64,000 nucleotides of DNA from Firmicutes bacterium UBA2203 (GTDB taxonomy: Bacteria; Bacillota; Desulfotomaculia; Desulfotomaculales; Nap2-2B). The translations under genes and the position numbers were made by a program. The notes beneath the pieces were generated by a model. That model had not been told where the DNA came from, made no database searches, and saw nothing but the letters and a program-made list of their open reading frames with translations. This document shows positions 62,050 to 64,000 of this stretch, one piece after another. The stretch spans positions 28,020-92,019 of the forward strand of contig DCUX01000004.1 in assembly GCA_002327235.1 (NCBI GenBank), written 5' to 3'. The stretch's first letter is position 1. Each line of letters starts with the position of its first letter.

Positions 62050-63963
62050 ATGAAGATAAAGGTTACTTTAACAAACGGTAAGGTAAAGGAATATCAGGCG
62101 GACACAACTTTGGCTGAGGTAGCCAGGGATGAGAATCCGGACTTAGCCCGGATGGTTTTAGCCGCTCAAATAAATGATAACCAGGTGGTAGATTTAAGTT
62201 ACCCGTTGGAACAGGACACAAAAGTAAGATTTCTTAGTTTTGAAGACGAAGAGGGGAAGCAAGTTTTTAGGCATAGCGCCGCTCACGTTTTAGCCCAGGC
62301 AGTGAAACGCCTGTATCCCCAAACAAAACTGGCTATCGGCCCGGCGATTAAAGACGGTTTTTACTATGATTTTGATGCTTCCCAAAGGTTTACCCCGGAA
62401 GAATTGGAAAAAATTGAACAAGAAATGAGGAATATTATTAAAAATGACTTTCCGTTTACGCGCACGGAATTGACGCGGGAAGAAGCCTTAGTAAAATTTA
62501 GTGAAGTAAAGGAAGATTATAAAGTAGAATTAATTAATAATTTAACCAATACCCCTGTCGTTTCTCTTTACACCCAGGGAGAATTTACGGACCTTTGTGC
62601 CGGGCCTCATCTTCCTTCAACCGGGAAGTTAGGGGCGGTTAAGTTAACCAGCGTAGCCGGAGCCTACTGGCGGGGGGACGAGAGAAATAAAATGCTGCAG
62701 CGTATTTACGGAACCGCTTTTCCCTTGCCGGCTCAACTGGAGGAATATTTGTTCCGGCAGGAAGAGGCCAAGCGCCGCGATCACCGCCGCTTGGGTGTTG
62801 AACTAGATTTGTTTAGTTTTCACGAGGAAGGGCCGGGTTTCCCCTTTTTTCACCCGGCCGGCATGGTTTTATATAACCAATTGGTCCAATTCTGGCGGGA
62901 AGTACATGAAAAACAAGGGTACCAGGAAATTAAAACCCCCCTTATTTTAAGTCAAGATTTATGGGAACAGTCGGGGCATTGGGAACACTACCGGGAAAAT
63001 ATGTACTTTACTAAAGTTGACGAGAAAGATTTTGCCGTAAAGCCAATGAACTGCCCAGGCAGCATGCTGATTTACCGGAGCCGGTTGCACAGCTACCGTG
63101 ATTTACCTGTTCGCCTGGCCGAACTCGGCCTGGTGCACCGGCATGAGCTTTCCGGCGTTCTGCACGGTTTAATGCGCTTACGTTGTTTTACCCAGGATGA
63201 CGCGCACCTGTACATGCTGCCTGACCAGGTAGGTGAGGAAATTATTGGGGTAATTAATATGGTGGAACAGTTTTACCAGACTTTTGGCTTTAAATACCGG
63301 GTCGAACTTTCTACCAAGCCCGAAAAAGCTATGGGCTCAGACGAGATTTGGGAAATGGCTACCCGTGCCCTACAAGACGCGCTGCAGGCTAAAGGCATGG
63401 CTTATAAGGTAAATGCGGGGGACGGCGCCTTTTATGGTCCTAAAATTGACTTTCATTTAGAGGATAGTTTGGGTCGGTCTTGGCAGTGCGGGACCATCCA
63501 ACTGGATTTTTTAATGCCTGAAAAATTTGATTTATTTTATGTTGGTGAGGACGGACAAAAACACCGTCCGGTGATGATTCACCGGGTAATTTTTGGCAGT
63601 ATTGAACGTTTTATCGGAATTTTAATTGAACATTACGCCGGAAACTTGCCGTTGTGGTTGTCTCCGGTGCAGGTAAAAGTGCTGCCCATTGCCGACCGTC
63701 ATTTAGCTTACGCCAAAGAGGTTACTGCTAACCTGGAAAAAGAACAAATCCGGGCGGAATTAGATACCCGCCGGGAAAAAATCAATTATAAGATCCGGGA
63801 GGCCCAGCTTTTTAAAATACCCTATATGCTGGTCATAGGCGATAAAGAAGTAGCTAACAATACCGTTTCTTTGCGCCACCATTTACAGGGAGATCAGGGC
63901 CCTGTTCCGTTACCGCCGCTGGTGCAAATGATAAGACAAAAAATTGAAAACAAAACCTTTTAA
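62050..63963 (+). CDS. thrS: threonine--tRNA ligase
   Basis: ATG 62050 gives MKIKVTLTNGKVKEY (TGS domain), followed by editing, class II core (FRHSAAH, HRHELSG) and anticodon-binding domains. Confidence 0.95.
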   Translation: MKIKVTLTNGKVKEYQADTTLAEVARDENPDLARMVLAAQINDNQVVDLSYPLEQDTKVRFLSFEDEEGKQVFRHSAAHVLAQAVKRLYPQTKLAIGPAIKDGFYYDFDASQRFTPEELEKIEQEMRNIIKNDFPFTRTELTREEALVKFSEVKEDYKVELINNLTNTPVVSLYTQGEFTDLCAGPHLPSTGKLGAVKLTSVAGAYWRGDERNKMLQRIYGTAFPLPAQLEEYLFRQEEAKRRDHRRLGVELDLFSFHEEGPGFPFFHPAGMVLYNQLVQFWREVHEKQGYQEIKTPLILSQDLWEQSGHWEHYRENMYFTKVDEKDFAVKPMNCPGSMLIYRSRLHSYRDLPVRLAELGLVHRHELSGVLHGLMRLRCFTQDDAHLYMLPDQVGEEIIGVINMVEQFYQTFGFKYRVELSTKPEKAMGSDEIWEMATRALQDALQAKGMAYKVNAGDGAFYGPKIDFHLEDSLGRSWQCGTIQLDFLMPEKFDLFYVGEDGQKHRPVMIHRVIFGSIERFIGILIEHYAGNLPLWLSPVQVKVLPIADRHLAYAKEVTANLEKEQIRAELDTRREKINYKIREAQLFKIPYMLVIGDKEVANNTVSLRHHLQGDQGPVPLPPLVQMIRQKIENKTF

Positions 63964-64000
63964 ATAAAAGTGAATATTTGGTTATCCAAGGAAAGGGCGG

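Overview
This is a 64-kb chromosomal segment, mostly housekeeping genes, from an endospore-forming Firmicute with Clostridia/Bacilli-type synteny. In order, the content is:

- hpt-guaA and a partial purine cluster, purE-purB-purF-purM-purN
- a phosphate block: phoP-phoR-phoU (minus), recD2 (minus) and pstC-pstA-pstB (plus, no pstS)
- a Ski2/HelY-like helicase split into two frames
- an orphan SpoOB-type histidine kinase, then thrC
- a gerA-family germinant receptor operon (A-B-C plus a small 2-TM D-like ORF), followed by two tiny-TM peptide ORFs
- dprA-topA-xerC, three orphan genes, then hslV-hslU-codY
- a GH15 glucoamylase-like gene and a DUF2148-like gene
- a cobalamin riboswitch with cobT
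- a class V FBP aldolase/phosphatase
- a second gerA-family operon (A-B-C-D, minus strand)
- a UPF0173 hydrolase, then ddl
- infC (ATT start)-rpmI-rplT
- ktrB-ktrA and a TrmH-family methyltransferase
- pheS-pheT, zapA, mpg, a NIF3-like gene and mutS2
- a DUF2281/PIN toxin-antitoxin pair with a mazF remnant, then thrS

I recognised no rRNA, tRNA, CRISPR array, transposase or phage gene.

The most unusual content is non-coding:

- Several families of structured intergenic repeats. One hairpin family appears only in the pur cluster and folds on one strand only. Other palindromic elements are nested inside each other, run into the 3' ends of ORFs, or bracket a gene.
- A perfect five-copy Pho-box array.
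- A possible hairpin-bridged (split) ribosome-binding site for purM.
- A cobalamin riboswitch with a large structured, partly duplicated insertion.

The best candidate for an undescribed protein-coding module is a 2.7-kb three-gene orphan insertion that breaks the conserved xerC-hslVU-codY junction. It includes a 327-aa protein rich in Cys and Pro.

All family assignments rest on motif recognition by eye. No database search was run.
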